Positions 1 through 9,772 of a stretch of 64,000 bases of DNA are shown in pieces. Location of the stretch: contig CBFIGY010000013.1 of the NCBI GenBank assembly GCA_965662235.1, forward strand, positions 1 to 64,000, written 5' to 3'. The DNA is from an uncultured bacterium. Its GTDB lineage: Bacteria > SAR324 > NAC60-12. Within the stretch, counting starts at the first letter, position 1. Each line of letters starts with the position of its first letter. The position numbers and the translations under genes were made by a program. The notes under the pieces were generated by a model. That model searched no databases. It was not told where the DNA came from and was given only the letters and a program-made list of their open reading frames with translations.

Positions 1-1
1 G

Positions 2-484
2 ACCCACCTACTGCTGCCATTAGTTGAGAAAAGCACTCACGGAAGAATCATCAACCTCTCATCCGAATTATACAAAAGAGGCGAGGCCACCCTAGCAAAG
101 CCGTCTTCCACCCAAAAATTTGATGGCAGTCAAGCGTATGCCAATTCAAAACGACTCATTATCATCTTCACCAAAGAAATGGCAAAAAGGCTGAGGGGGC
201 AATCCATTACGGTCAACTCGGTTCATCCGGGAGTGATTGGAACGGACGTTTTCAGAGAGTATCCCAGATGGTTCAGCAAATTATTAAATTTCTTCATCTC
301 AAAACCGGAGGCAGGAGCTGAACCGATTGTGTATTTAGCCACAGCGGAGGAAGTCTCAAATGTAACCGGAGAGTACTTTTCAAAAACACAACTTTCAAAA
401 ACGATCGACCTGGTGAATGACGAGAAAGTTGCTGAACAGATCTGGAAAGAGACGGAGGCGATCTTAGAAACCAACCGTCTATAA
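2..484 (+). CDS. SDR family oxidoreductase (retinol dehydrogenase-like), 5'-truncated by the window edge
   Basis: Frame is open from nt 2: THLLLPL..GRIINLSS..catalytic YANSK (YxxxK)..VNSVHPGVIGT..TGEYF. GC is visibly lower than the rest of the window. Confidence 0.88.
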   Translation, partial: THLLLPLVEKSTHGRIINLSSELYKRGEATLAKPSSTQKFDGSQAYANSKRLIIIFTKEMAKRLRGQSITVNSVHPGVIGTDVFREYPRWFSKLLNFFISKPEAGAEPIVYLATAEEVSNVTGEYFSKTQLSKTIDLVNDEKVAEQIWKETEAILETNRL

Positions 485-490
485 AGGGGG

Positions 491-512
491 GACGCCGATC
501 AGGACCGGCGTC
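491..512. terminator. Hairpin between convergent genes
   Basis: GACGCCG-N8-CGGCGTC inverted repeat; no clear U-tract. Confidence 0.35.
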
Positions 513-528
513 TGGCGTGAATGAAACC

Positions 529-1701
529 TCAGACGTCTGGCCAGGCCACCCACTGGTTGCCTGACTGGTGCGAACGGAGCGCTGCCTCAATGAACCGCAT
601 GCCGTCAACTCCGGCGTCCAGCCCAGGAAAGCTCACCGATTCGGGAATCGGCTCCCCCCGCCGGAGGGCCAGGAGCGCCTCGGCAATGTCCGTGTAGAGG
701 TTCGCAAATCCTTCTAGGTACCCTTCCGGAAGCCCTGCTGGCACCCGGGTTCCCCGTGCCGCCTTAGACGACAGCCCGGGTCCCCCTCGTGTCAGACGCT
801 GAGGCGGTTCCCCCAGGGGGGTGAACAGCAGGGTGTTGGGCTCCGACTGCACCCACTGGAGGCTCGCTTTTTCCCCATAGATGCGCAGGCGCAGGTCGTT
901 TTCGTGTCCCGGCGCCACCTGGCTCACCCAGAGCATGCCCCGGGCGCCTTCGGCAAAGCGGAGGAGGACGTGAACGTTGTCGTCCAGTTGCCGCCCCGGC
1001 ACAAAGGAGTGCAGGTCGGCCAGCAGGGCCTCTGGGGTCAGGAGGCTGACGAAGCAGGCGAGGTGAAAGGCGTGGGTGCCAATGTCGCCTAGGCTCCCGC
1101 CGTTGCCCGCTCGTGCCGGATCAGTCCGCCACTCGGCCTGCTTGTGTCCGCTGCGTTCCAGATCGGTGCTCAGCCAGTCCTGCGGGTACTCGACCTGGAC
1201 GACCCGGATGCGGCCAAGCTCTCCGTTGGACACCCGGTGCCGGGCTTCCTGAATCAGGGGGTAACCGCTGTAATTGTAGGTCACAGCAAACAGGCACTGC
1301 TGCTGGGCGGCCAGCTCCTGCAGCCCTGTGACTTCCTCTAGGTTGGCGGCCAGGGGCTTGTCACAGATGACGTGAATTCCGGCTTCCAGAAACGTCCGGG
1401 CCACGGGCACATGCAGGTGGTTGGGGGTCACAATCACCACCGCCTCAATTCCGTCCGGACGCTCACTTTCCGCCCGGGCCATCTCCTCGTAGTGTCCGTA
1501 GCAGCGGCTGGGGTCAAGGCCGAGGGCCAGCCCGGACTGCAGGGCGCGTTTGGAATCGGCACACAGGGCACCGGCCAGAAACTCGTAGCGGTCGTCCATG
1601 CGGGCCGCAAGCCGGTGCACGGCTCCAATGAAGGCGCCTTCTCCACCGCCCACCATGCCGAGGCGAATCCGTGGTTCAAAGTAGGACTGCTGGAATTCCA
1701 T
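529..1701 (-). CDS. Gfo/Idh/MocA family oxidoreductase
   Basis: [29 protein letters not shown] and GDIGTH motifs. Confidence 0.93.
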   Translation of the reverse strand: MEFQQSYFEPRIRLGMVGGGEGAFIGAVHRLAARMDDRYEFLAGALCADSKRALQSGLALGLDPSRCYGHYEEMARAESERPDGIEAVVIVTPNHLHVPVARTFLEAGIHVICDKPLAANLEEVTGLQELAAQQQCLFAVTYNYSGYPLIQEARHRVSNGELGRIRVVQVEYPQDWLSTDLERSGHKQAEWRTDPARAGNGGSLGDIGTHAFHLACFVSLLTPEALLADLHSFVPGRQLDDNVHVLLRFAEGARGMLWVSQVAPGHENDLRLRIYGEKASLQWVQSEPNTLLFTPLGEPPQRLTRGGPGLSSKAARGTRVPAGLPEGYLEGFANLYTDIAEALLALRRGEPIPESVSFPGLDAGVDGMRFIEAALRSHQSGNQWVAWPDV

Positions 1702-1732
1702 CCTGGTCTCCTTCCTGACACGAATGCAGGCA

Positions 1733-2755
1733 TCACGCGCCCGAGGCCCGTTGCCGCATGCGCTCCATCATTGACTGAAAGCGTTCCTCCACCGAGCCCC
1801 TGGACGGGGGGGCAGAGGAGGGAAAGTCGGCCCGAGGCCGTGGTTCAGAAGTCGGTTGACGTCCGGCAAGCGAACGGGTGTGTCCCCGGACCTGCTCGGG
1901 ATTCAGGTGCGACTGCACCATCAGGCTCACTCGCTGAAACGCCTGCTGCCAGCTAGGGTCCTGGGCATGCAGGTGCCGCTGCAGCCAGTGGAGCCCAAAG
2001 GTCCGGATGAGGGCCTCACGGCGTTCGGCAGAGGCCACATACACCACGAGTGAGGCCCGGTTGGGGGAAACCCGGTGCACAAAAGCGGGCATGGTGCCGT
2101 GTTGCCACTCCGGTGGCACCAGGTGCTGCCAGCGCTCCGCCAGGTCGGCGGCGACCTCTTGGTCGTTCCGGGTCTGGGCCAGGTCCCCCACGTGGCACCG
2201 AATCGCGTCTACCTGGAGCCCCGGCAGGTGCTGATGGAACAGGCGGAGGTAGGTGGCCTCTTCAAAACGAATCGCCTGAGCAATGGAGCCATCGTACACG
2301 GTCAGGTGCAGCACCACCTGCTGAAGCCGGAACTCCGCCCGCCGGCGCAGCACCGCCTGTTCCTCCTCCGTCAGGTGCCGCTTCAGCCCCTTCCGCAGCG
2401 CCCCAAAGAAGACGTCCGGACGCGGGAACGAGCGGCCTTCGAGACGCTGCAGCACCGCGGTCCAGGGGGTCGCCCCGAGCGCATCGGTCACCTGCTGCAC
2501 GTACGTGGGGGTCAGGGTAAACTGACGGGTCACCGAAAAGTTCCGCGGATACGTGTTCTGGGTCAGGAACGGATCAAGCTCCTGTAACCAGAGCTTGCGA
2601 AGTTGCGCCAACTGCATTAAATGCTTCTGTCCGGCTGCCTCGAAGATGCGTTGCAGCACCGAAAGGGCCGAAAGCGGGGCAGACGACTCAGAAGCCTCGT
2701 AGCCAATGGCCTTGAGAAAGGCGGACGGCGTCGCCGAACGGGAACTCAGCGGCAT
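1733..2755 (-). CDS. DciA (DUF721)-like protein with two DciA-like units and an inserted helical module
   Basis: LRKLW..DPFLTQNTYP..[insert]..LHLTVYDGSIAQAIRF..VDAIRCHVG, then a second unit LAERWQHLV..TMP..LVVYV. The pattern resembles DUF721. Confidence 0.5.
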   Translation of the reverse strand: MPLSSRSATPSAFLKAIGYEASESSAPLSALSVLQRIFEAAGQKHLMQLAQLRKLWLQELDPFLTQNTYPRNFSVTRQFTLTPTYVQQVTDALGATPWTAVLQRLEGRSFPRPDVFFGALRKGLKRHLTEEEQAVLRRRAEFRLQQVVLHLTVYDGSIAQAIRFEEATYLRLFHQHLPGLQVDAIRCHVGDLAQTRNDQEVAADLAERWQHLVPPEWQHGTMPAFVHRVSPNRASLVVYVASAERREALIRTFGLHWLQRHLHAQDPSWQQAFQRVSLMVQSHLNPEQVRGHTRSLAGRQPTSEPRPRADFPSSAPPSRGSVEERFQSMMERMRQRASGA

Positions 2756-2794
2756 CGTCGTTCCTCTGGATTGCGAACCAACCGAACCTGGACC

Positions 2795-3340
2795 ATGAGC
2801 GACATACCTGGGATTTTAGCAGCGATGCCTAATTTGCAGGATCCGTATTTTTCCAAAACGATCATTCTGCTGTGCAACTTCGACCGGGACGGGGCCTTTG
2901 GATTGGTCATGAACCAGCCCTCAACCCTGCAGGTGAAGGAGGTCCTCACGGATGCCTTCAAGGACCACCCGGCCTTTGAGGTGCCTCTGCTGGTGGGAGG
3001 TCCGGTGCAGCCCGAGTCCTTCTGGGCGGTGCACACCAACGACTTTGAGGGAGAAAGCACCAGCCGCCTTTCTCCCGAGCTGAACCTCAGTGCCGCGCCC
3101 GATGTGCTCAAGGCCCTGATTGAGGACCATGGCCCCGCGCAGTACCACCTGGGCTGCGGTTATTCCGGGTGGGGCGCCGATCAGCTGGACCGTGAGATTG
3201 AGGAGGAGTCGTGGTGGCTGGGTCCGCTGGAAACCGACCTCATCCTCCACTTCGACTACTCCCACCGCTGGGAGACGCTGCTGCAGCGCTGGGGCATTGA
3301 CCCGCTTCAGGAGGCGATCCAGCAAAACGGATACGTCTAA
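2795..3340 (+). CDS. YqgE/AlgH family protein
   Basis: AMPNLQDPYFSKT, GLVMNQP, GGPVQ, GYSGWGADQLDREI..SW; start at ATG 2795. Confidence 0.92.
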   Translation: MSDIPGILAAMPNLQDPYFSKTIILLCNFDRDGAFGLVMNQPSTLQVKEVLTDAFKDHPAFEVPLLVGGPVQPESFWAVHTNDFEGESTSRLSPELNLSAAPDVLKALIEDHGPAQYHLGCGYSGWGADQLDREIEEESWWLGPLETDLILHFDYSHRWETLLQRWGIDPLQEAIQQNGYV

Positions 3341-4647
3341 CCCTCCCGGGTCGGCAACCGCTTGCCGTACACCACCGAGTCCTGAAAGTCGTACGCCTGC
3401 TGCTTGCGCTCCGGCAGGTGCTCAGCGGCCAGCGGACGCAGTCCTGCCTGCACAAAGACGTGCGCGCTCCCCGTCGTCAGGGAAAACAGCAGTGTGCAGT
3501 TCCACTCCCGGGCCTGCTCCAGGGCGGCCTGCAGCAGCTCCCGGCCCACCCCACGGTTCCGGAAGGTGCTGTCCACAGCGAGGCTGCCGACTTCCACAGC
3601 CAGCTCCTCTTCATAGCGGATCAACTCGCAGCACCCCACCACCTCCTCATCGAGGCAGAACAGCAGGAAGCGGTCGATGTGCCGGGTCAGGTCCTCCGGT
3701 GTCCGCAGCACCAGGGCGGTTTGCTGCACGGGACGCTGCAGGATGCGTTGAATGGCCGGAATGTCGCTCAAGCGGGCGGGACGGACCTGATGGTACTGGC
3801 TGTCGGTGACCAGCACCCCCACTCCGGAAGGCCGGAACAGCTCGGCCAGCAGGCTGCCTTCCAGGGTGCCATCGATGAGCTGACAGCGGGCGACCCCCCG
3901 TCGGCAGCCCTGCACCAGAGCCTGGTACTCGGCGGCACGTGCCGGGGTCAGCGCTTGCTGCTGCAGCCACTGCTCCATCGCCTCGGTGGTCAGCTGCAGG
4001 CCCTGCTCCGGCATCTCCAGCGCCGTTGCGCCAATGAGCATCAGCTTGCGGCTCCGCAGTCCGGACGCCAGCGCCACTGCGGTTTCGGTGGAGGCCAGCA
4101 CCCACTCCCGTCCCTTCTCGCCAACGGCCAACGGCGGCACAATCACCAGGCCGCTTTGCTCCAACGCGGCCCGCAAGGCCACCAGGTCCACCTGCTGCAC
4201 CCGTCCGCAGCGGTGGTCCTCCGGAGCATTGAGGAGCGCCATCGGTTCCGCCTGGATCCAGTAACTGGTCAGGGGACGCAGACGCGGATGCGACGCGCTG
4301 AAGTGATGAAGCAGTCCCCACACCAGTGAGGCCACCACCGGACGCACCTGTGGCAGGTGCTCGGCAGTGACCAGCAGGCGCTGCTCCTGCCACTGCACCG
4401 GGATGCCGGCCGCCTCGAACTGCTCCTGCAGCTGCGGCGTGACGTCCGGAACCAACACCAGACGCAGCCCAGCCTGGTGCAAGAGGATGATGTCTTCCAG
4501 CAGGCGTCCGGAGGGCTCGGTCAGCAAGGCTCCGTCTAAGTGCAGAACCATCACCGTCTCGCGGAAGCCCTCTAGGTACGGGAGCGCCGAGCGCAGGTGA
4601 TGCAGAAAGGCTGCATCGTCTGATGCAAAAGGGAAGAGGTCAGCCAC
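3337..4647 (-). CDS. argA: Amino-acid N-acetyltransferase (AAK + GNAT domains)
   Basis: ALPYLEGFRETVMV, DIILLHQAGLRLVLV, GSLLAELF..GVG, VRPARLSDI, FRNRGVGRELL, LPERKQQAY. Confidence 0.85.
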   Translation of the reverse strand: MADLFPFASDDAAFLHHLRSALPYLEGFRETVMVLHLDGALLTEPSGRLLEDIILLHQAGLRLVLVPDVTPQLQEQFEAAGIPVQWQEQRLLVTAEHLPQVRPVVASLVWGLLHHFSASHPRLRPLTSYWIQAEPMALLNAPEDHRCGRVQQVDLVALRAALEQSGLVIVPPLAVGEKGREWVLASTETAVALASGLRSRKLMLIGATALEMPEQGLQLTTEAMEQWLQQQALTPARAAEYQALVQGCRRGVARCQLIDGTLEGSLLAELFRPSGVGVLVTDSQYHQVRPARLSDIPAIQRILQRPVQQTALVLRTPEDLTRHIDRFLLFCLDEEVVGCCELIRYEEELAVEVGSLAVDSTFRNRGVGRELLQAALEQAREWNCTLLFSLTTGSAHVFVQAGLRPLAAEHLPERKQQAYDFQDSVVYGKRLPTREG

Positions 4648-4938
4648 CGAAATCCGTTGCTGCTGTGAGGTTCCTGGAGCGGGCGTCGCTCCTCGGGTCA
4701 GGTGCTCCCCCAGCCTTAGGCCATCGGCATCACCGGAGACGCAATTCTCCGTTGAAGCACACGCCGGTCGAACCCGGGAGGGTCAGCGGGCTTTACTATG
4801 CCCGGAATCCGCAGGAACCGCAAGAAGAGCGGCGTCCCTTCCCGACTGGAGCGTGCAGGAAACATTGACTATTTCCCGTCTGCGATTCAGGATATTTGAT
4901 ATTTCTCCCATGACCTTGTTCGGTAGTTCTAACTCATC

Positions 4939-5778
4939 ATGATCATCTCCTACAAACTCTCCCGGAAGGCTCTCAAATCGCTGCGCAAAAAGGGACTGAG
5001 TACCACTGCGATTGAAAATTTGGAGTCTCTGGAAGAGAAGTGGTTTGAGACCCAGGAAGCGTTTTTGGGACAGCTCCGGGCCATGCCGGCGGCCGGGGAG
5101 CTGGCCCCGTACGAATCGGTGATCGTCCGTCAGGCCAAGGGGTACCTGCGGCTGGACAAGTGGATCCACAACCGCACCATCCGGGAGTGGGTCGAGGCCC
5201 TGGTCTTTGCCCTGGTGGTGGCCACCGTGGTCCGGACCTACTTTGTGGCACCGTTCAAGATTCCGTCCGGGTCCATGATCCCGACCATCCAGATCGGGGA
5301 CCACATCTTTGCGTCCATGTGGACCTATGGGTCACCGGTGCCGTTCACCGGCACAAAGCTCTTTCCGCAGACGGTGGAGCGCGGAGACATTGTCATCTTC
5401 CCGTACCCCCGTGATCCGTCAGTGGACTACATCAAGCGGGCGGTGGGCCTTCCGGGAGAGACCCTGGAGGTCCGCAACGACCAGGTCTTCATCAACGGAG
5501 AGCCACTGGAGGAGCCCTATGCCTTTTATGATCCGCTCCAGCGCCTGCAAGCCCGGGGCACTGCGCCGGTGAGCTTCTTTGGTCCGGTGACGATTCCAGA
5601 GGGGAAGCTCTTTGTGATGGGGGACAACCGTTACAACAGTGCCGACAGTCGCTTCTGGGGGTTTGTCGACATCAACACCATCATGGGCAAGGGGCAGTTC
5701 ATCTACTGGTCCCACGACCCCCGAGAGACCCTGTTTAGCGGGTACCACCTCGACCGCCTGTTCACCTTTTTGAAATGA
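4939..5778 (+). CDS. lepB: Signal peptidase I with an extra N-terminal ~65-aa domain
   Basis: REWVEAL-TM-FKIPSGSMIPT (catalytic Ser), YIKRAVGLPGE (Lys), MGDNRYNSADSRFWG. Confidence 0.95.
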   Translation: MIISYKLSRKALKSLRKKGLSTTAIENLESLEEKWFETQEAFLGQLRAMPAAGELAPYESVIVRQAKGYLRLDKWIHNRTIREWVEALVFALVVATVVRTYFVAPFKIPSGSMIPTIQIGDHIFASMWTYGSPVPFTGTKLFPQTVERGDIVIFPYPRDPSVDYIKRAVGLPGETLEVRNDQVFINGEPLEEPYAFYDPLQRLQARGTAPVSFFGPVTIPEGKLFVMGDNRYNSADSRFWGFVDINTIMGKGQFIYWSHDPRETLFSGYHLDRLFTFLK

Positions 5779-6692
5779 GCCACGTCGGAGATCCGATGCG
5801 AACTGCTGAAGCGTCCCTTTCCCGAAACGATCCCTGCTGGTGCGGGAGCGGAAAGAAGTACAAGAAGTGCCACTGGGGAAAAGACCGGGCCCAGGCGCTC
5901 CTTTCCACGCCGGCCCCGCCGCGTCCCTCCCGGACCCGAGATTCTCGGAAGATCATCCTCAAGACCGAGGAGCAGATTGAAGGCATCCGTCGCAGCTGTC
6001 AGCTGACGAAGCAGATCCTAGATGCCCTCACCGACTTTGTGCACGAGGGGCAAACGACAGAGGAGATCAACACCTTTGTCCATGAGATGACGCTGGACCA
6101 TGGAGCCATTCCGGCGCCGCTGAACTACCGGGGCTTCCCCAAAAGCGTCTGCACCTCGCTCAACCAAGTGGTCTGCCATGGCATCCCGGACCAGACCCGG
6201 CTTCAGGATGGGGACCTCATCAACATTGACGTCACCTGCATCCTCGACGGCTACTACGGGGATGCCAGCCGCATGTACCTGATCGGCTCCGTTGCCGAGC
6301 CTGCCAAGCGACTGGTGGACGTGACCCTCGAGTGCCTCCAGTTGGGCATTGAGGAGGTCAAGCCCTTCAAGACCGTTGGCGACATTGGACACGTCATCCA
6401 GCGCCACGCCGAGGGGCACGGCTACTCCGTGGTCCGTGAGTTTGCCGGACACGGGGTGGGGATTGAGTTCCATGAAGCGCCTCAGATCCTGCACTATGGA
6501 GAACCGGGCACCGGCCCCTTGCTCCAACCCAACATGGTGTTTACCATAGAACCCATGATCAACATGGGACGTCCTGAAAGCAAAGTTCTGAAGGACGGGT
6601 GGACTGCCGTCACCGTTGACGGGTCCCTGTCCGCACAGTGGGAACACACGGTGCGTGTGACCGAAACCGGCGTCGAAATTCTTTCGGCCTGA
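5775..6692 (+). CDS. map: Methionine aminopeptidase type I with N-terminal SEC-C motif
   Basis: RNDPCWCGSGKKYKKCH; CHGIP, IDVT, GDASR, GHGVG..FHE, TIEPMIN, SAQWEHT. Confidence 0.96.
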   Translation: MSHVGDPMRTAEASLSRNDPCWCGSGKKYKKCHWGKDRAQALLSTPAPPRPSRTRDSRKIILKTEEQIEGIRRSCQLTKQILDALTDFVHEGQTTEEINTFVHEMTLDHGAIPAPLNYRGFPKSVCTSLNQVVCHGIPDQTRLQDGDLINIDVTCILDGYYGDASRMYLIGSVAEPAKRLVDVTLECLQLGIEEVKPFKTVGDIGHVIQRHAEGHGYSVVREFAGHGVGIEFHEAPQILHYGEPGTGPLLQPNMVFTIEPMINMGRPESKVLKDGWTAVTVDGSLSAQWEHTVRVTETGVEILSA

Positions 6693-6723
6693 CTCTGAAT
6701 CCTGCCATCTAACGAGACTTGAC

Positions 6724-7773
6724 ATGGATCCTTGGAACCGCAATCAGAAGAAATCTCCGTGGGACAAGAACCAGAATCCTCCGGACATTGATGAGCTTCT
6801 GAACAACCTGCAATCGAAGTTCAAGGGAGGACTGCCTCAGAAGAACTTTGCCATGCTTGCCATTGCGGCCGTGGTCGTGATCTGGCTGGCCACCGGCTTC
6901 TTCATCGTGGACCCTCAGGAGCAGGGCATCATCAAGCGGTTTGGCGTGGTGCAGCAGATCGTCACACCGGGTCCGCACTACCACCTGCCCAGTCCCATTG
7001 AAACCGTCCAGATTGAGAAGGTCACCGCAATCCGACGCATCGAGATTGGCTTCCGGACCATCGACCCCGGCCCGCCCGCCAAGTACCGGCAGGTCCGCAA
7101 GGAGTCCCTCATGCTGACGGGTGACGAAAACATCGTGGACGTGCAGTTTACGGTGCAGTACCGCATTGCCAACCTGGAGGACTACTTCTACCAGATGACC
7201 GAGCCAGAAGAAACCGTGAAGGCCGCAGCCGAGTCGGCCATGCGGGAGGTGGTCGGCGACAACAAGGTGATGGACGCCCTGACCGTTGGAAAGAGCAGCA
7301 TTGAGAGTGCAACCGCACAGCTCCTGCAGGAGACCCTCAACAGCTACCAGTCCGGAATCCGCATTGAGAACGTCAAGCTCCAGGACGTCCACCCTCCGGA
7401 TCAGGTGAAGGAGTCGTTCAAGGACGTGGTCAGCGCCCGGGAGGACCGGGAGAAGATGATCAACGAGGCTGAGGGTTACAAGAACAACCTGATCCCGACC
7501 GCCCGGGGGGAGGCGGCTCAGATCCTCAACAAGGCACAGGCCTACTACGATGAAACCGTGAACCAGGCCATTGGCCAGGCAGACCGCTTCAACGCCATCT
7601 ATGCGGAGTACCGGCAGGCGGAGGACATCACCCGAGAACGGATCCAGTTGGAGACCATGGCACGCGTGCTGCCGTCCAGCAACAAGGTGATTGCGGACAA
7701 GGAGCTGGGGCAGAACTTCCTGCCCTTCCTGCCCATCACGGAAATGCAGAAGCAGGCCAGCGCCAACCGCTGA
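6724..7773 (+). CDS. hflK: FtsH protease modulator HflK (SPFH domain)
   Basis: PW..PPDIDELL N-terminus, one TM, MLTGDENIVDV, AESAMREVVG, ARGEA. Confidence 0.93.
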   Translation: MDPWNRNQKKSPWDKNQNPPDIDELLNNLQSKFKGGLPQKNFAMLAIAAVVVIWLATGFFIVDPQEQGIIKRFGVVQQIVTPGPHYHLPSPIETVQIEKVTAIRRIEIGFRTIDPGPPAKYRQVRKESLMLTGDENIVDVQFTVQYRIANLEDYFYQMTEPEETVKAAAESAMREVVGDNKVMDALTVGKSSIESATAQLLQETLNSYQSGIRIENVKLQDVHPPDQVKESFKDVVSAREDREKMINEAEGYKNNLIPTARGEAAQILNKAQAYYDETVNQAIGQADRFNAIYAEYRQAEDITRERIQLETMARVLPSSNKVIADKELGQNFLPFLPITEMQKQASANR

Positions 7774-7786
7774 CCCTCGTCCCTCT

Positions 7787-7808
7787 GACACCCCCTCCCG
7801 GGGGTGTC
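7787..7808. terminator. Strong hairpin after hflK
   Basis: GACACCCCC-TCCC-GGGGGTGTC, a perfect 9-bp stem. Confidence 0.45.
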
Positions 7809-7972
7809 CCCTCACGGACGCCCTGTCTCCCCCCTTGACTCCGTTTCGTTCCCCATGAATTCCACGCCACGAAACGTTTGTGGTTGCTCAGGAATTTCAA
7901 TAAGGTAGCGTCAATTCTTTTTTGTGCCTTCTGAACGGCCACGTTTCACTCCGGAACTTTGGTGACCGCCCT

Positions 7973-9769
7973 ATGCCGCAGACTCCCCCTTCTCCCGCTC
8001 AGCCTGCCACGGATGGAGCGTTCTGGAGTCAGCTTCCAGAAGGGGTCACTCCGGAAGCCCTGCAGGCGAGTCTGACCAAAAAACTGGAACGGCTGGGGGT
8101 CTCGCTTCCCTACCGTCAGGCGGTCTTCAGCCTCGTCCCAGGCGCCCCGCCTCCTGATTCCCCTGAGGCACAGCTGCACGAGCAAGCGCTCCGGGACCTC
8201 CTCGACCGTCCTCTGCAGGCGCCCACTCGCGAGAGTGGCATGGCGGCCATGAAGCTGCTCATCAACCTCGCCCGCAACACCCAGCTCCTGGCAGCACTCC
8301 TTGCCGTGCGGCTTGAGGGCATTGAGCTCCTGCACGACCACCCCGCCGAAATGGTGGTCCTTCCTGCCCAAAAAGCCCTCCACATCTATGCCCCACTGGC
8401 GGCTCGGCTCGGCATCTTCTGGATCAAGGCAGAGCTCGAGGACCTCGCCTTCCGCATGCTTGATAGCGAAACCTACCGGGACCTGAAGCGGCTGGTGGGC
8501 AAGCGCCGGGACGACCGAGCTCAGCAGGTGGAGGAGTTGACCCGGGCCATCCGGGAGCTGCTGGAACAGCACCACATGAAGCCGGAAATTCAGGGGCGCT
8601 ACAAACGGTTCTACTCCATCTTTGAGAAGCTCCCCAAGGTCGGTTACGACTTTGACCGCATCCAGGACCTCATCGCCTTCCGCATCATTCTCCCACGCGT
8701 CCGGGACTGCTATGCGGCCCTGGGCTACATCCACGAACGCTGGAAGCCCAAGGAGAAGCGTTTCAAGGACTACATCACTCAGCCCAAACCCAACGGCTAC
8801 CAGTCCCTCCACACCACCCTTGAGGTGGGCCCAGACAGCCTCATTGAGGTGCAGATCCGGACCCATGCCATGCACTCCATTGCCGAGTACGGGGTGGCCG
8901 CCCACTGGCGCTACAAGGACCAGCGCCGGGGCCTGAACGACGAAGGCGTGGGGGACGAAGGCGCCAGCTCAGAGGCGCAACGTCAGGAACTGTCCCTCGA
9001 CTGGTACGATGACCGGACCTTTGTCCAGACTCCGGCTCATGAGGTTCTGGAACTGCCCCGGGGAGCCACCGCCCTCGACTTTGCCTACGCCCTCCACAGC
9101 AAGATTGGCGACACCACCGTGGGCGTCAAGCTCGATGGCGCCATTGTGAAGCTCGACACCAAGCTGCCTTCCGGGTGCCAGGCTGAGGTCCTGACCTCCA
9201 CCAAGCAGGTTCCCAGCAAGGAGTGGCTCGAGTTTGTCGTCACCCCCCGGGCACGGCAAAAGATCCGTTACGCAATCCGTCGTCAGCACCGGGCGGAGCT
9301 ACGGCATCAGGGAATTGAGCAGGCGGAGAAGGCGTTTCGGCAGGCCGGACTGAACTGGAACCGGCTCCTCAAGGAAGGGCGTCTGGAGCAGGCCTGTCAG
9401 CTCAACCGGAACCAGAGTCTGGAACACACCCTGTTCTGCATTGGTGAGGGGAGTGTGCGGGCCAGTGAGATGGTGGGGTGGTTTGCGGAACCTGAAGAGG
9501 CGCTGAAGCCCCTGGAGCCGCCCCGGGAGTTCCGGCATGCGCCCAACGCACCGGCGCGTTTTGTGGTTTCCGGGCTGGGGGACATTGTGACGCGGGTTGC
9601 CAAGTGCTGTCACCCGGAACCGTTTGTGCCGGTTGTCGGCTACCTGACGCAGGGACGAGAGGTGCGGGTGCATCGAAGTGACTGCGAGGCCCTGAAGGAC
9701 CTGGAGCCGCAGCGGCTGGTTGAGGTCAGCTGGTCGGTGGCTCCCGAGGGCCGTCCGGAAAAGAAGTAA
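7973..9769 (+). CDS. RelA/SpoT homologue: (p)ppGpp synthetase + TGS + Cys-rich domain; degenerate hydrolase, no ACT
   Basis: IYAPLAARLG, GRYKRFYSI, DLIAFRI, RFKDYI..KPNGYQSLHT, EVQIRT..AEYGVAAHWRYK, GATALDFAY, AKCCHP..HRSDC. Confidence 0.9.
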   Translation: MPQTPPSPAQPATDGAFWSQLPEGVTPEALQASLTKKLERLGVSLPYRQAVFSLVPGAPPPDSPEAQLHEQALRDLLDRPLQAPTRESGMAAMKLLINLARNTQLLAALLAVRLEGIELLHDHPAEMVVLPAQKALHIYAPLAARLGIFWIKAELEDLAFRMLDSETYRDLKRLVGKRRDDRAQQVEELTRAIRELLEQHHMKPEIQGRYKRFYSIFEKLPKVGYDFDRIQDLIAFRIILPRVRDCYAALGYIHERWKPKEKRFKDYITQPKPNGYQSLHTTLEVGPDSLIEVQIRTHAMHSIAEYGVAAHWRYKDQRRGLNDEGVGDEGASSEAQRQELSLDWYDDRTFVQTPAHEVLELPRGATALDFAYALHSKIGDTTVGVKLDGAIVKLDTKLPSGCQAEVLTSTKQVPSKEWLEFVVTPRARQKIRYAIRRQHRAELRHQGIEQAEKAFRQAGLNWNRLLKEGRLEQACQLNRNQSLEHTLFCIGEGSVRASEMVGWFAEPEEALKPLEPPREFRHAPNAPARFVVSGLGDIVTRVAKCCHPEPFVPVVGYLTQGREVRVHRSDCEALKDLEPQRLVEVSWSVAPEGRPEKK

Positions 9770-9772
9770 CGC

